Shown: positions 19,918-29,685, counted from the first letter of the stretch. The stretch: 52,885 bases of DNA from an uncultured Pseudomonadales bacterium (GCA_964598125.1 CAZRAG010000003.1:1-52885); one strand, 5' to 3'. A program made the numbers and translations. The notes: generated from the letters alone by a model not told the origin.

Positions 19918-19991
19918 TTGAAAGCATTACATTTCCTTTTAACACAGATCTGTTCTGTAAAGTTTTTGCAAGCAAAAAAGAGTTAATAGTG

Positions 19992-20031
19992 AAAACAAGG
20001 AATCACCGTCTCTTTTGAGCGGTGATCCTTG
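19992..20031 (-). terminator. Hairpin, probable proS (possibly bidirectional) terminator
   Basis: CAAGGAATCACCG-TCTC-TTTT-GAG-CGGTGATCCTTG; short U-run on minus strand. Confidence 0.55.
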
Positions 20032-20197
20032 CTTCTTAACCGGAAGCTACTAATCGATATATTAGCAAGGTCTTCGGGTTTTAACAGGTAAAAAAAAGAC
20101 CGAATTCATCATGAATAATTTAATACACCTGGAGTGATTAAATTCCTATAGGACTAGCTGCCATTGATCATTAACCAGCCAGCAAAGTACAACGAAT

Positions 20198-21649
20198 CTA
20201 GTACGCCTGCGCAAAAATCCAACGGCGCTTGGCAGGTTGACCAGAATAGACATCCAGACCTTCCGACTCTTCTTCATCCAACGCCACACAACGAGTGGTT
20301 GCTTTAGTCAGCTCTTTGATCTTTGCTTCTGTTTCCGGTGTTTCGTCCCAATACGCCCGAATAAATCCGCGTTTCGTAGCCATGATTTCTTTAAACTCGT
20401 CAAAGGTTTCAACATCATAGGTCATGTCACGCACCCGTGATTTTGCTTTGTCCAACATGTCTGACTGAATCCAGTCAAGCAGTTTTTCTATGCCCTCTTC
20501 CAAATGTTCAACCGAAATCTTTCGTTTTTCATGAATGTGTCGTACGGCAATTTGAATTTCGGCAGCATCAATCTCTCGAGGGCCAATTTCTAATCGGAGT
20601 GGAATGCCACGTACTTCAGCATCGTTAATGCGATATCCAAAGGAAAGTTTCTCACGGGCATCAACTTCAACCCGAATACCCTTTTTCTCTAAACGCGCCT
20701 GTAAAACTTTGGTGAACTCGAGTAATCGGTAATCATCAGTACGCACCGGAATAATGACCACCTGAACCGGAGCTACACGAGGTGGGAAAACCAGACCTTG
20801 ATCGTCTCCATGAGTCATGAGTAATCCGCCAATAATTCGGGTGGAAAGACCAAAACTTGTTTGCCAAGCAAACTCGTTTTCTCCAGCCTGATTTTGGAAA
20901 GAGATATCAAATGACCGACTAAAATTCTGTCCCAAATCGTGACTTGTCCCACTTTGCAGGGCCTTCCCATCTGGCATGAGCGCCTCAATGGTCACGGTCT
21001 GAAAAGCTCCAGCAAATTTTTCGGACTCGCTCTTGACTCCTTTTACTACCGGGATAGCCAACAAGTCCTGAGCAATTTGCTGATAGGCATCAATTGCATC
21101 AAGCACCATCTTTTGGGCTTCTTCATGTGAGGCGTGGGCTGTATGCGCTTCTTGCCATAAAAACTCCATAGATCGCAAGAAAAATTGGGTTCTCTTCTCC
21201 CAACGAACCACATTGTTCCATTGATTCATTTTGAGTGGCAGATCACGATAAGACTGGATCCACTTGCTGTACATTTCGTACATGATGGTCTCCGAAGTTG
21301 GCCGAACCACCAGCGGTTCTTCAAGCTTTTCGCCACCACCATGGGTGACAACCGCAAGTTCTGGAGCAAATCCTTTAACATGAGCCTTTTCTTTTTCTAA
21401 CAAACTCATAGGAATAAACAACGGAAAATACGAGTTCTGACATCCTAATGCCTTAAGTTTGGCATCAAGCTCCTCTTTAATTTTTTCCCAAATCGCATAC
21501 CCATAAGGCTTTAAAACCATAGATCCACGAACCGGTGAATAGTCAGCAATATTGGCTTTCAAAATGGCATCGGTGTACCAAGTGGACATGTCATCACTTT
21601 TTTTGCGCAGTTGTTTTTTGTCCGTTTGCTGTTGATTGTCTTTGGCCAT
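20198..21649 (-). CDS. proS: Proline--tRNA ligase (archaeal/eukaryote-like type)
   Basis: YSPVRG, RPTSET, QWNNVVRWE, EFLWQEAHTAH, QSGTSHDLGQNF, FGLSTR, anticodon-binding domain, C-terminal IFAQAY. Confidence 0.97.
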   Translation of the reverse strand: MAKDNQQQTDKKQLRKKSDDMSTWYTDAILKANIADYSPVRGSMVLKPYGYAIWEKIKEELDAKLKALGCQNSYFPLFIPMSLLEKEKAHVKGFAPELAVVTHGGGEKLEEPLVVRPTSETIMYEMYSKWIQSYRDLPLKMNQWNNVVRWEKRTQFFLRSMEFLWQEAHTAHASHEEAQKMVLDAIDAYQQIAQDLLAIPVVKGVKSESEKFAGAFQTVTIEALMPDGKALQSGTSHDLGQNFSRSFDISFQNQAGENEFAWQTSFGLSTRIIGGLLMTHGDDQGLVFPPRVAPVQVVIIPVRTDDYRLLEFTKVLQARLEKKGIRVEVDAREKLSFGYRINDAEVRGIPLRLEIGPREIDAAEIQIAVRHIHEKRKISVEHLEEGIEKLLDWIQSDMLDKAKSRVRDMTYDVETFDEFKEIMATKRGFIRAYWDETPETEAKIKELTKATTRCVALDEEESEGLDVYSGQPAKRRWIFAQAY

Positions 21650-21681
21650 ATTCTTCCTTTATTTTTGTGTTATTTCCTTCC

Positions 21682-21985
21682 AAAAAACCGCCCTTGTCTG
21701 AGTTTTATTCAGGCGCTTGATAGTTTGAGCTACCAAACAAAAAACCCAGGCAAGGACGGTCAATTACCGTGGTACCACCTCGCTTTCTGATAGCTTTTGC
21801 TATCAGCTTATCACCAATAGAAAGATTGAACTTTTCATTGGTTAAGCGGAAGATCACGGCCGCCTGCCGGATGTGTTAACGAAACGGAGATATTACTTTT
21901 TCCGCCTGGATCCACATCTGCTTTCAAAATTGAAACGATAGGTAGGAACTATCGCGCTCACCCCTTTTGAGGATCAGCAGCAGTA
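21682..21985 (-). ncRNA. T-box riboswitch (transcriptional) upstream of proS
   Basis: Antiterminator AGG-TGGTACC-ACGGT...ACCGT-CCT (21753-21780), stem III CTGATAGC/GCTATCAG, F-box-like GCCGTGATC, alternative 14-bp terminator plus T6, extended -10 TGcTACAAT at about 21991. Confidence 0.88.
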
Positions 21986-22302
21986 AAAAGATTGTAGCAT
22001 GATTATTTCAGCACATCTTGCAAGCGTGTTGGTACAGAGGTATTTGGTCTTTGCAATGAGGAGAATCATGAGAAACTTCTACCGATACCCAGGCAACTCC
22101 AGAAATATCGACTCGAATAATATCGGCTGATTCCGTTGACACCGATTTCGATTGAAAAAAGAGCTCTTACCCACTTGGTAGAGTTATTGGCATACCTTGC
22201 GACAGCCTCTCAACAAGCTCACTTCTCTGACTTTCCCATGTTTCTGGATTTTGGCCCTCTTCAACATACGGCAAAAACTGCTGACGGTAGTCAATAGATT
22301 CC

Positions 22303-23253
22303 TTAAACATGTGAGGCACTGAAGAATTCACGGAGTGAAAGTATTTCTACAAGCTCGTCATCTGGGTTTACCTCACCCAAATAAGAATCAGTCATAATGA
22401 TTCTTTTCATGTGTGCGGTACGAAGTTTTTCTAAAGCATTATTGGCAAACAAGCCGTGGGTGATCGCCACATACACCTGTACTTGGGGATCTCTTTCATG
22501 GAGTGCCTGCGAAGCGGCGATCAACGTCCCTCCAGTGTTGAGCAAATCATCAACAAGCACAACGTGCTTTGCTTCAAGGCCATCAAGATTGCTCGTATCA
22601 ATTTTGACCTGACCAGGACCAAGGCGTACTTTTGTGAGATACGTAACCGGAACATTTAAAATCTCCCCTATTTGATGCGCGCGGTGAGCGGCACCCTTAT
22701 CTGGGGCCAAAAGCACGGTCTGACTGGTATCAACCATCTGACGGATACCAGCGATTAGCAAGTCTTCCGCCGACAGTTGAGTAACGGGAATGCTCCAATA
22801 CTCTTGATCTCGAGGGCTGTGAAGATCAAGCAAAACGACTTCATCAACCTGCAAGGCTTCAACACTTTTCACAAAAACCTTGGCTGCTATGGCATCACCA
22901 CCGCGAGCATCGCGATCCTGTAAAGAGTACGGCATGTAGGGCAAAACAAGCTTGAGATGAACACACTGCCGCCGTGCAGCCTCGAGTAATAACAACACGT
23001 TCTGAACTTGCTCTGCCAGTGTTGGCATATTCGGAATGGCTGTTGAACCAAACCGCGCAAACACCTCAATAGTTTCAAATTGGGAAGTTGTTTGAATTTG
23101 CGCCCATTGCTCTCCATTGGGATAGTTGCCTGCTTGCCAAGCCACTTCAGTAATTTTTGGCGTAATCAACGCCTGATGCCAAGCATCAACTTGAAAAAGT
23201 AACCTGCCAATGGGAAGAATGTTAGCCTCACTCAACCCACTTTGCATCGTCAT
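22303..23253 (-). CDS. prs: Ribose-phosphate pyrophosphokinase (divergent)
   Basis: YPNGEQWAQI, LPYMPYSLQDR, LDLHS, LLAPDKGA, VLVDDLLNTGGTL, ITHGLF. Confidence 0.88.
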   Translation of the reverse strand: MTMQSGLSEANILPIGRLLFQVDAWHQALITPKITEVAWQAGNYPNGEQWAQIQTTSQFETIEVFARFGSTAIPNMPTLAEQVQNVLLLLEAARRQCVHLKLVLPYMPYSLQDRDARGGDAIAAKVFVKSVEALQVDEVVLLDLHSPRDQEYWSIPVTQLSAEDLLIAGIRQMVDTSQTVLLAPDKGAAHRAHQIGEILNVPVTYLTKVRLGPGQVKIDTSNLDGLEAKHVVLVDDLLNTGGTLIAASQALHERDPQVQVYVAITHGLFANNALEKLRTAHMKRIIMTDSYLGEVNPDDELVEILSLREFFSASHV

Positions 23254-24407
23254 AGAATTATCCCTAATACATCTTTAATTGTTATCAACACAATCAAACC
23301 CAAAAGGAAAACAAATCCAACGGTGTTGGCTTTTTGCTCCCAACGGGCTCGTCTGTTCTTTCCAAGAAGAGGCTCTGCCAACACAAACATTGCCCTCCCA
23401 CCATCTAAAGCTGGAATGGGCAAAAGATTCATAATCGCTAAGTTGATGGAAAGCAAAGCGGCCGTGTTGAGATTGCTCAAGAAACCTTGTTTGACGGCTT
23501 CCACTTGCACGGCTTGGTCCACTATTCCCACGAATCCAGAGACATCTTTGGGAACCGTTCCTCGCATGAACAGATTCACAATCATTTGTTTGAGGGCATC
23601 CACAATCAACAACGCAAGCCCAAAAGCCTCTTGGAAACCGATCCACATCCCGCGAAATGGCATCTCCCACCAAGGATAAAACTTTAACTCATTGTCACTC
23701 AGAAGAATGCCGATCGCACCTTGGTTGGGACCGATCTCATCCTGACGGCGAATATACACCTCCGTCACTTGTTCCTGTGCTTCCCGCTGTAAAACGACCT
23801 TGACATTTTCTCCCTGATGTTGAGAAATAAAGTAAATAAATTGATTCGAGGTTGTAAATTTTGAACTCTGCTCTCCTTGGGCTTGGATAATTTGATCGCC
23901 CACTTGAAAACCGGCCTTTTGAGCTGGAGAATCGGCGAGAACTTCGGTGACTTCTACTTTGCCTGTGGGTGTGGGAATCCCAATCCGAGAATAGATATAA
24001 GCAAAAGCCAAGGCGCCAAAAAGAAAGTTCACCGTAATTCCCGCTAAAAGAACCAGTAAACGCTGACCAATGGATTTTGAGGCAAACTTGGCAGAATCTG
24101 AGATGCGATGTTGAGAAACCAGTTCATTAACCGAATCTGTTTCTTCAGTCTGAGATCCTTCCAAATTCTCACTTTCGTCACCATACAAACGCACAAAACC
24201 ACCAAATGGCAAGGCATTGAGCGTAAATACCGTACCGCGCCACTGAAAAAGACGGCGAAGCCGTGGCGGGTACCCCAGACCAAATTCTTCAACAAAGACA
24301 CCGACTAACTTGGCGGCCAAGAAATGTCCGAGTTCATGAATAAAAACAAGAAAGGAAAGAATAATAAGAAACCAAAAGACTGTCAGCAGAATAAGGGTGA
24401 TTGACAT
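23250..24407 (-). CDS. rseP: RseP/M50B zinc metalloprotease with PDZ domain
   Basis: HELGHF, LPFGGFV, AGITVNF, PDZ (SPAQKAG), NLLPIPALDGG. Confidence 0.93.
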   Translation of the reverse strand: MSITLILLTVFWFLIILSFLVFIHELGHFLAAKLVGVFVEEFGLGYPPRLRRLFQWRGTVFTLNALPFGGFVRLYGDESENLEGSQTEETDSVNELVSQHRISDSAKFASKSIGQRLLVLLAGITVNFLFGALAFAYIYSRIGIPTPTGKVEVTEVLADSPAQKAGFQVGDQIIQAQGEQSSKFTTSNQFIYFISQHQGENVKVVLQREAQEQVTEVYIRRQDEIGPNQGAIGILLSDNELKFYPWWEMPFRGMWIGFQEAFGLALLIVDALKQMIVNLFMRGTVPKDVSGFVGIVDQAVQVEAVKQGFLSNLNTAALLSINLAIMNLLPIPALDGGRAMFVLAEPLLGKNRRARWEQKANTVGFVFLLGLIVLITIKDVLGIIL

Positions 24408-24498
24408 AAGGCGTATCTTAAACCGTTAGCTCCTCTTTGGTCCAGGTGCAGCCAACCTTGGGCTGCCAGCATAAAAGTTAGCTCAAAAAATAATTTTC

Positions 24499-25053
24499 TT
24501 ACACCGTGAGCAAATCTTTTTCTTTCTCTAGTTTGAGATCTTCGATTTTTTCGTTTACCTTTTCCACTTCTTTTTGCAATTGCTCCACCTGACGCTTAAT
24601 GTCGTCTTCGCTCACCCCACCAGCTTCTTTTTGCGCCTCAATATCTTCTTTTATTTGCGAACGCAAATTGCGGATCGCAATTTTTGCCTCTTCTGCTTTT
24701 TGGGCGACCAGCTTAGTGAGTTGTTGCCGGCGTTCAGCCGTCAACGGAGGAATCGCCAGGCGAATAAAACTCTGATCAGTGACTGGGGATAAACCAAGAT
24801 TCGCAGCGTGAAGAGCCTTTTCAATATCATGAAGAATGCCGGGATCGTACGGTTGGACAACCAGCAAGGCGGCATCCGGCGCATTAACGGTGGCCACTTC
24901 ATTGAGCTTCATTCTTGCCCCTCCGTAGGCGGCAACTTCCACAAAGACACCGTCGAGTAAGGAAGGCTGGGCACGGCCCGTTCGGATCTGGCGCATTTCA
25001 TCCTGAAAATGGCTTACTACGGCTTGGGCCTTCTGTTGAAAGTCTTGAATCAT
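24499..25053 (-). CDS. frr: Ribosome recycling factor
   Basis: IRTGRA, VQPYD, LGLSP, PPLTAERR, AKIAIRNLR. Confidence 0.96.
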   Translation of the reverse strand: MIQDFQQKAQAVVSHFQDEMRQIRTGRAQPSLLDGVFVEVAAYGGARMKLNEVATVNAPDAALLVVQPYDPGILHDIEKALHAANLGLSPVTDQSFIRLAIPPLTAERRQQLTKLVAQKAEEAKIAIRNLRSQIKEDIEAQKEAGGVSEDDIKRQVEQLQKEVEKVNEKIEDLKLEKEKDLLTV

Positions 25054-25124
25054 ATCCTTGCTCCTTTTTTGAAGGCAGAAACCTGCCTTTGTGGTAGGCG
25101 TATCTTATCAAGTACAATGCTGCC

Positions 25125-25988
25125 ATGCTAGATCTCTGGAAATTCTCACACCTTGATACCCGATTCTATCGGCACGTGGGTCAGTTTGCCTCCCGCCAAA
25201 TTACTGTATACATTGTGAGTTTTTATCTCCTTTTGAGCGTTGGCTTAACAACACTCTTTGCTTTTCGAACCTGGCCTGTATTGATACAAAAAGTTCAATT
25301 GACCTGGGAATCACTGTATCAACAATGGCCAGACAACACGATTGTCCGTTTGGAAAATAACCAGCTCCATTTGGAAAAACAATCGGAGAATGCCCTCATT
25401 GTTTCCGAAGAAAAAATAGAGATTTTTTGGCCCAAAGAGGTAATCGACAATACCCGACTACCCCAACTCTTCTTTGTTATTGATCCCCTTGCTCAACACG
25501 AGCAAGCAGCGCAATATCCTAGTTGGTTGATTGCTACACCAGATTTGTTTTTTGTAAAGACCAGTACGGGAGAACTAAACTCCATACCCTGGAACGAACT
25601 TTTTCCTGACCAGGAAATAGCAATTTCTAAAGAATCCATTCGCGAGCAACAACTTCAATTTATGAATAATCAGCGCACTGCCCTTTTCTCATTTTTACCT
25701 TTGAGCTTCATCTGGTTTTCCTTTGCTCGACTACTCACAAGATTGCTGGTTTTGCTTCTTATGACCTGGTTTGCTCAACCAGTTTTGAGCATGTTTGGTT
25801 GGATTATTGATTATCGCAAGACCTATCGCGTTGGGCTGTTTCTGCTTCCGCTCAGCGAAGAAGTGAGCTTTTTATTAAAGCTTTTGTATCCACAAAATCA
25901 GAACTTCTCCTTTTGGCTGATCTGGACTTTTGCCCTGCTCACCATTGGCTGGACAAATCGACGGTTGATGATGATGGCAAAAAAATAA
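25125..25988 (+). CDS. Membrane protein (DUF1189-like topology)
   Basis: N-terminal TM, about 150-aa soluble loop, 3 C-terminal TMs; TACAAT 6 nt before ATG. Confidence 0.65.
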   Translation: MLDLWKFSHLDTRFYRHVGQFASRQITVYIVSFYLLLSVGLTTLFAFRTWPVLIQKVQLTWESLYQQWPDNTIVRLENNQLHLEKQSENALIVSEEKIEIFWPKEVIDNTRLPQLFFVIDPLAQHEQAAQYPSWLIATPDLFFVKTSTGELNSIPWNELFPDQEIAISKESIREQQLQFMNNQRTALFSFLPLSFIWFSFARLLTRLLVLLLMTWFAQPVLSMFGWIIDYRKTYRVGLFLLPLSEEVSFLLKLLYPQNQNFSFWLIWTFALLTIGWTNRRLMMMAKK

Positions 25989-25990
25989 GC

Positions 25991-26020
25991 AAAAAGCCGC
26001 CTCGAATGAAGCGGCTTTTT
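25991..26020. terminator. Bidirectional intrinsic terminator
   Basis: AAAAAGCCGC-10 nt-GCGGCTTTTT between convergent genes. Confidence 0.85.
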
Positions 26021-26040
26021 GTAAATTATCTGTCAAAAAA

Positions 26041-26493
26041 TTAAATAATCATCAGTTGGATTTCACCCACCTGAACGTTCTCACCAATTTTCCCAGAAAG
26101 TTCTTTAACTAAATCACCAACCTTGTACTTAGGATCACGAATGTAATCCTGTTCTAAAAGTTCTTGAATGTTTTCCGGGCGCATACTGGCCACTTGCATT
26201 GCAAGCTCACGACCAAGTTTTTGGAACTCATCGTTACGAGCCACAAAATCAGTCTCACACAAAAGCGAGACCATCGCGCCAACTTTGCCGGTCGTGTGAA
26301 TGTACGAACCAATAAAACCTTCCTTGGTTTCACGGTCAGCTTTTTTGGCTGCCTTGGCCAAGCCGCGCTCACGAATGAGATCACGAGCTTTATCAAAGTT
26401 GCCATTGGCTTCTTCCAAAGCCTTTTTAACATCCATCACACCAGCACTGGTTTCTTCACGAAGTTTTTTAATATCTGCTGCAGAAATTGCCAT
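26041..26493 (-). CDS. tsf: Elongation factor Ts (short form)
   Basis: IKKLREETSAG, CETDFVARN, ELAMQVAS; 150 aa. Confidence 0.96.
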   Translation of the reverse strand: MAISAADIKKLREETSAGVMDVKKALEEANGNFDKARDLIRERGLAKAAKKADRETKEGFIGSYIHTTGKVGAMVSLLCETDFVARNDEFQKLGRELAMQVASMRPENIQELLEQDYIRDPKYKVGDLVKELSGKIGENVQVGEIQLMII

Positions 26494-26538
26494 AGTTTCT
26501 CCTTCTCTTCTTTCATCACCTTAATATAGAAGGTGAAG

Positions 26539-27255
26539 TTATTTACTTCGAGATTTCTTGCCTTCAGCGTACGCTTGAGCAACCATTTGCGTCAAAATGG
26601 TGATGGATGAAACCGCATCATCATTTCCAGGAATAACAAAATTAGCCATGGTTGGATTGGCGTTGCTATCAGCAATAGCGATCACGGGGATATCCATAAG
26701 CTTGGCTTCTTTGGCCGCAACTTTGTCTTCGGTGAGGTCAGCAATAAAGATGGCATCCGGAAGCTGAGTGAGTTCTTTGACACCTTCTAAAAAGCGTGCA
26801 GCCCGATCAGCCTCTTTGCGCATTTGCAGCTGTTCAAACTTGGTGTATTGCTCAAATGAACCCTTCTCTAACCCAGAGTAGGTGTTGTTCATTTTGCGAA
26901 TGGATTTGGAAACCTGTTCAAAGTTGGTTAAGAAACCACCGAGCCAACGGGTAACAATGAACATAGCGCCAGCTTGGGTGGCTTGTTCTTTGATTATGTC
27001 CTGGGCTTGGCGCTTGGTCCCCACAAAAACGAGAGTTTTGCCTTGTTTACCGAGTTGGCGGGCATAATCCATGGCTTTTTGGAGCTGTTGGGCTGTTTTG
27101 ACCAAGTCAAAAATATGGACACCATCACGCTCGGCAAAAATGTACTCGCGCATGCGAGGATTCCAACGATGAGTCTGGTGACCAAAGTGAACGCCTGCCT
27201 CAAGCAGAGCTTTTAAATCAATATCACCCACTTGGGTGGAAGCGGTTTCCGCCAT
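26539..27255 (-). CDS. rpsB: 30S ribosomal protein uS2
   Basis: LLEAGVHFGHQT, WNPRM, VGTKRQA, RWLGGFLTN, IPGNDDA; AAGGAG SD before ATG 27255. Confidence 0.97.
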   Translation of the reverse strand: MAETASTQVGDIDLKALLEAGVHFGHQTHRWNPRMREYIFAERDGVHIFDLVKTAQQLQKAMDYARQLGKQGKTLVFVGTKRQAQDIIKEQATQAGAMFIVTRWLGGFLTNFEQVSKSIRKMNNTYSGLEKGSFEQYTKFEQLQMRKEADRAARFLEGVKELTQLPDAIFIADLTEDKVAAKEAKLMDIPVIAIADSNANPTMANFVIPGNDDAVSSITILTQMVAQAYAEGKKSRSK

Positions 27256-27305
27256 ATGTTTGTCTCCTTCTCTCCTGGGTGCTTTTTTAATACACTTCTG
27301 GAGTT

Positions 27306-27363
27306 CCTCCCCTGGACAACTGAATTGCCACCTGACAATCAGCAGGACACCGTCCAAGGTGTT
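27306..27363 (-). promoter_or_regulatory. Putative S2 (rpsB) autoregulatory leader
   Basis: ACAC-CTTGGAC...GGTG...GTCCAGG-GGAGG: 8-bp stem flanked by ACAC and GGAGG, as I recall for rpsB leaders. Confidence 0.55.
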
Positions 27364-27420
27364 AGTTTTAGGCTTGGATTATAGCATATAAAAAGAGAGA
27401 GGGATCATCCACTACCAGTC

Positions 27421-28317
27421 TCAAAGCTTAAAAATGTTTTCTAATAAACAGGCGCGGGTCACCGGTCCTACACCATAAGGAACCGGGGTATAAAAACTGG
27501 CCTTTTCATAACAAGCAGCTTGAAATTCAGGCACCGGAGCACCAACATCAATAAGAATACTTCCAGGTTTTACCCAATCAGCAGCAATCAAGCCTGCCTG
27601 ACCGGTAGCCGAAACAATCACGTCATATTCAGGGAGCAACTTGGCGAGGTTATCCTTAGAGGAAAATAAATTGGTCGGGGCACCCAGTACCGAGAATCCG
27701 GCTGCCGTTGGACGGCCCACAATCACTGAGCGGCCAATCACTGCCACTCTTCTCGTTCGCAGCTCTTCAAGTGAGTTGTGTAAAGCAAAGAGAGCAATAT
27801 CGATTACAGCTTGAGCGGTCGCGGGAAGTAAAAATGAATCCAAAGAAGTTAAGTATTCTTTCTTCTCCACTGCTCTTTTAGCAGCCGACTCCAGAGAAAA
27901 AAGCGTCATGGGTGCTAACCCGTCAATGTCCTTTTCCGGAGCGATAGCCTCAGCAATATTTTGCCACCAGGTTGAGAAATCAAGTGAAGCATCGCCAAAC
28001 GAATCATAAGACTCTCGAGAAGGCTTCTGTACCAAAATTGCTTGGACCGAATCATCGTGATTGGCCTGCATCACCGCTCGCAACCAAGTGTGTCGACTTT
28101 GTTTCATTGAAAGTGGCACGGTTTGATACTGAATTCCAACTTGAGCAGCGTCGTTTTTTTTGAGCTTGGTGTAGAGCACGCTTGCCTGATCTTCAAAGGG
28201 ATAAATGGAAACAATCTTCAAGTTTTTTTTTGTCCGTTGAAACTGTTCGCGAACAGCTAACGACACCATCTGCAATTTTGCCTGAGCAAAGGCTCGGCCG
28301 TCAAAAGATTCATTCAT
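27421..28317 (-). CDS. folD: Methylene-THF dehydrogenase/cyclohydrolase (divergent)
   Basis: YTKLKK, ILVQKP, KDIDGL, PATAQAV, GRSVIVGRP, IDVG, TPVPYGVGPVT. Confidence 0.88.
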   Translation of the reverse strand: MNESFDGRAFAQAKLQMVSLAVREQFQRTKKNLKIVSIYPFEDQASVLYTKLKKNDAAQVGIQYQTVPLSMKQSRHTWLRAVMQANHDDSVQAILVQKPSRESYDSFGDASLDFSTWWQNIAEAIAPEKDIDGLAPMTLFSLESAAKRAVEKKEYLTSLDSFLLPATAQAVIDIALFALHNSLEELRTRRVAVIGRSVIVGRPTAAGFSVLGAPTNLFSSKDNLAKLLPEYDVIVSATGQAGLIAADWVKPGSILIDVGAPVPEFQAACYEKASFYTPVPYGVGPVTRACLLENIFKL

Positions 28318-28323
28318 GAAAGA

Positions 28324-28815
28324 CTATTGTAGCGTGTGGCGAGCCGGAGTATTCCAGTCGCGCATAATTTCGTCCATTTTCTCGTTGACCTGGTCCCTAG
28401 AAAGCCTTGTGGGCTCAGTCATTGAAAACAAATTGGGAAAGTCAAATTTTGCGCTAGGATTAATAAAAAAGTACCATTGTTGGTCATCACCCACTTCGTA
28501 TTGGATAAAGTCTTTTCCAAAAACGCGATTCAATTCTTCAATCAAATACATGAAACCTTCTCTTGTATTTTTAGGAAGAAGGCCACGCAATTCGGCTTCT
28601 GAGACTCGTTCATTGTTGAGTAACGCTTTGAAAAATTCTGGTTCACCTGATTGAAGAACCCAACGATCAACCTGTGATCCGTCAACAAGCTTCGTCACTT
28701 TTGAGGACCAACGCATAAGGCCAATAGTAAAAATGACCTGCCACTCAACATCGTGACCATCCTCTTCACGAAACACTGATATTTTGTCGTATGAACGATT
28801 CATATTTCTGCGCAT
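28324..28815 (-). CDS. Hypothetical protein
   Basis: Co-oriented ORF filling the gap between nfo and folD; start 28815 or 28803. Confidence 0.7.
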   Translation of the reverse strand: MRRNMNRSYDKISVFREEDGHDVEWQVIFTIGLMRWSSKVTKLVDGSQVDRWVLQSGEPEFFKALLNNERVSEAELRGLLPKNTREGFMYLIEELNRVFGKDFIQYEVGDDQQWYFFINPSAKFDFPNLFSMTEPTRLSRDQVNEKMDEIMRDWNTPARHTLQ

Positions 28816-28848
28816 ATTACCACAATAATTGTAATAATTTCGTAAATT

Positions 28849-29685
28849 TTATTCTTGGATAAGACGACGAATTCGGTCTACATTCTCTTTATCTGGTCCG
28901 AGCCGATCAAATCCAGGAGCTTCAGTAATAACCGGAATGTGCTGAAGTTGAGAATGACGAAGAATTTCCTCAAGATCAGCCTGCGGAATAGTGCCCTCCC
29001 CGATGTTTTCGTGTCGATCTCGACCACTGCCTAAAGGATCACGCGAATCATTTACATGCAAACATTTCAGGTCTTCCCAAAGCTGGTACTTCTCAATTTC
29101 CTCAAAAAGATCGCGTCCCTGGGTCGGACTCAGACCAGCTGCCCACCCATGGCAGGTGTCATAACACCAGCCTAGCGAAGGCCGATGGACTTCGTCTAAT
29201 AACCAACGAATTTCGGCAAAATCTGAGCAGAGCTTTCCCTTTTGACCAGCGGAATTCTCAATCAAAAATGGGACTGCAACGTCGGCTTCATCAATAATTT
29301 CCCGAATAAGCAGAACAACGTTCTGTCTGACAGCCTCCCAACCTGACCCCAGATGTGAGCCTAAATGCACAATTACGCCACTACAGTTAAAAAAATGACC
29401 TACTTTTAAATTATTTATCAATGCATTTTTTGACTTTTGAACAAGTTCTTTATTTTCGCTGGCAAGATTCACTAAATACAAAGCATGGATGAAAATTTCC
29501 CGAATGTTATTGCTAGCGGCATATTTTTTGAATTCTTGCAGTTCCGTTTCGTTAATAATCCGTGGTTGCCAGCTTCGCGGGGAACTCGCGAAAATTTGCA
29601 GACCATTCGCGCCAATAGCTACGGCCCGATCCACGCCTTTATTGAGGCCACCGGCAACAGATAGATGGGCTCCAACCACCTTCAA
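28849..29685 (-). CDS. nfo: Endonuclease IV
   Basis: GAHLS, QIF, HALYLVNL, HLGS, IENSAG, DTCH, HVNDS, DRHENIGEG, TEAP; TTG start chosen at 29685 (GGGAG SD 5 nt upstream) to avoid glyA overlap. Confidence 0.93.
   Translation of the reverse strand: MKVVGAHLSVAGGLNKGVDRAVAIGANGLQIFASSPRSWQPRIINETELQEFKKYAASNNIREIFIHALYLVNLASENKELVQKSKNALINNLKVGHFFNCSGVIVHLGSHLGSGWEAVRQNVVLLIREIIDEADVAVPFLIENSAGQKGKLCSDFAEIRWLLDEVHRPSLGWCYDTCHGWAAGLSPTQGRDLFEEIEKYQLWEDLKCLHVNDSRDPLGSGRDRHENIGEGTIPQADLEEILRHSQLQHIPVITEAPGFDRLGPDKENVDRIRRLIQE

Noticed and set aside
20040-20190. Cluster of short AT-rich palindromes between convergent genes
   Set aside because: Weak stems expected in AT-rich intergenic DNA; no repeat-spacer periodicity, so not CRISPR.
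21999-22290. Possible stop-interrupted small ORF or pseudogene on the plus strand
   Set aside because: Only short frames, no recognisable motif, and it overlaps the T-box promoter.
24409-25107. 12-bp direct repeat AGGCGTATCTTA at 24409 and 25096 flanking frr
   Set aside because: Both copies are the -10 (TAAGAT) plus downstream bases of minus-strand promoters; not evidence of a target-site duplication.
9231-29001. KOPS-like GGGNAGGG on the minus strand at 9231, 19622 and 28994, pointing toward the dif candidate
   Set aside because: Three hits found by eye against a rough expectation of 1-2 per strand; not significant and not an exhaustive count.
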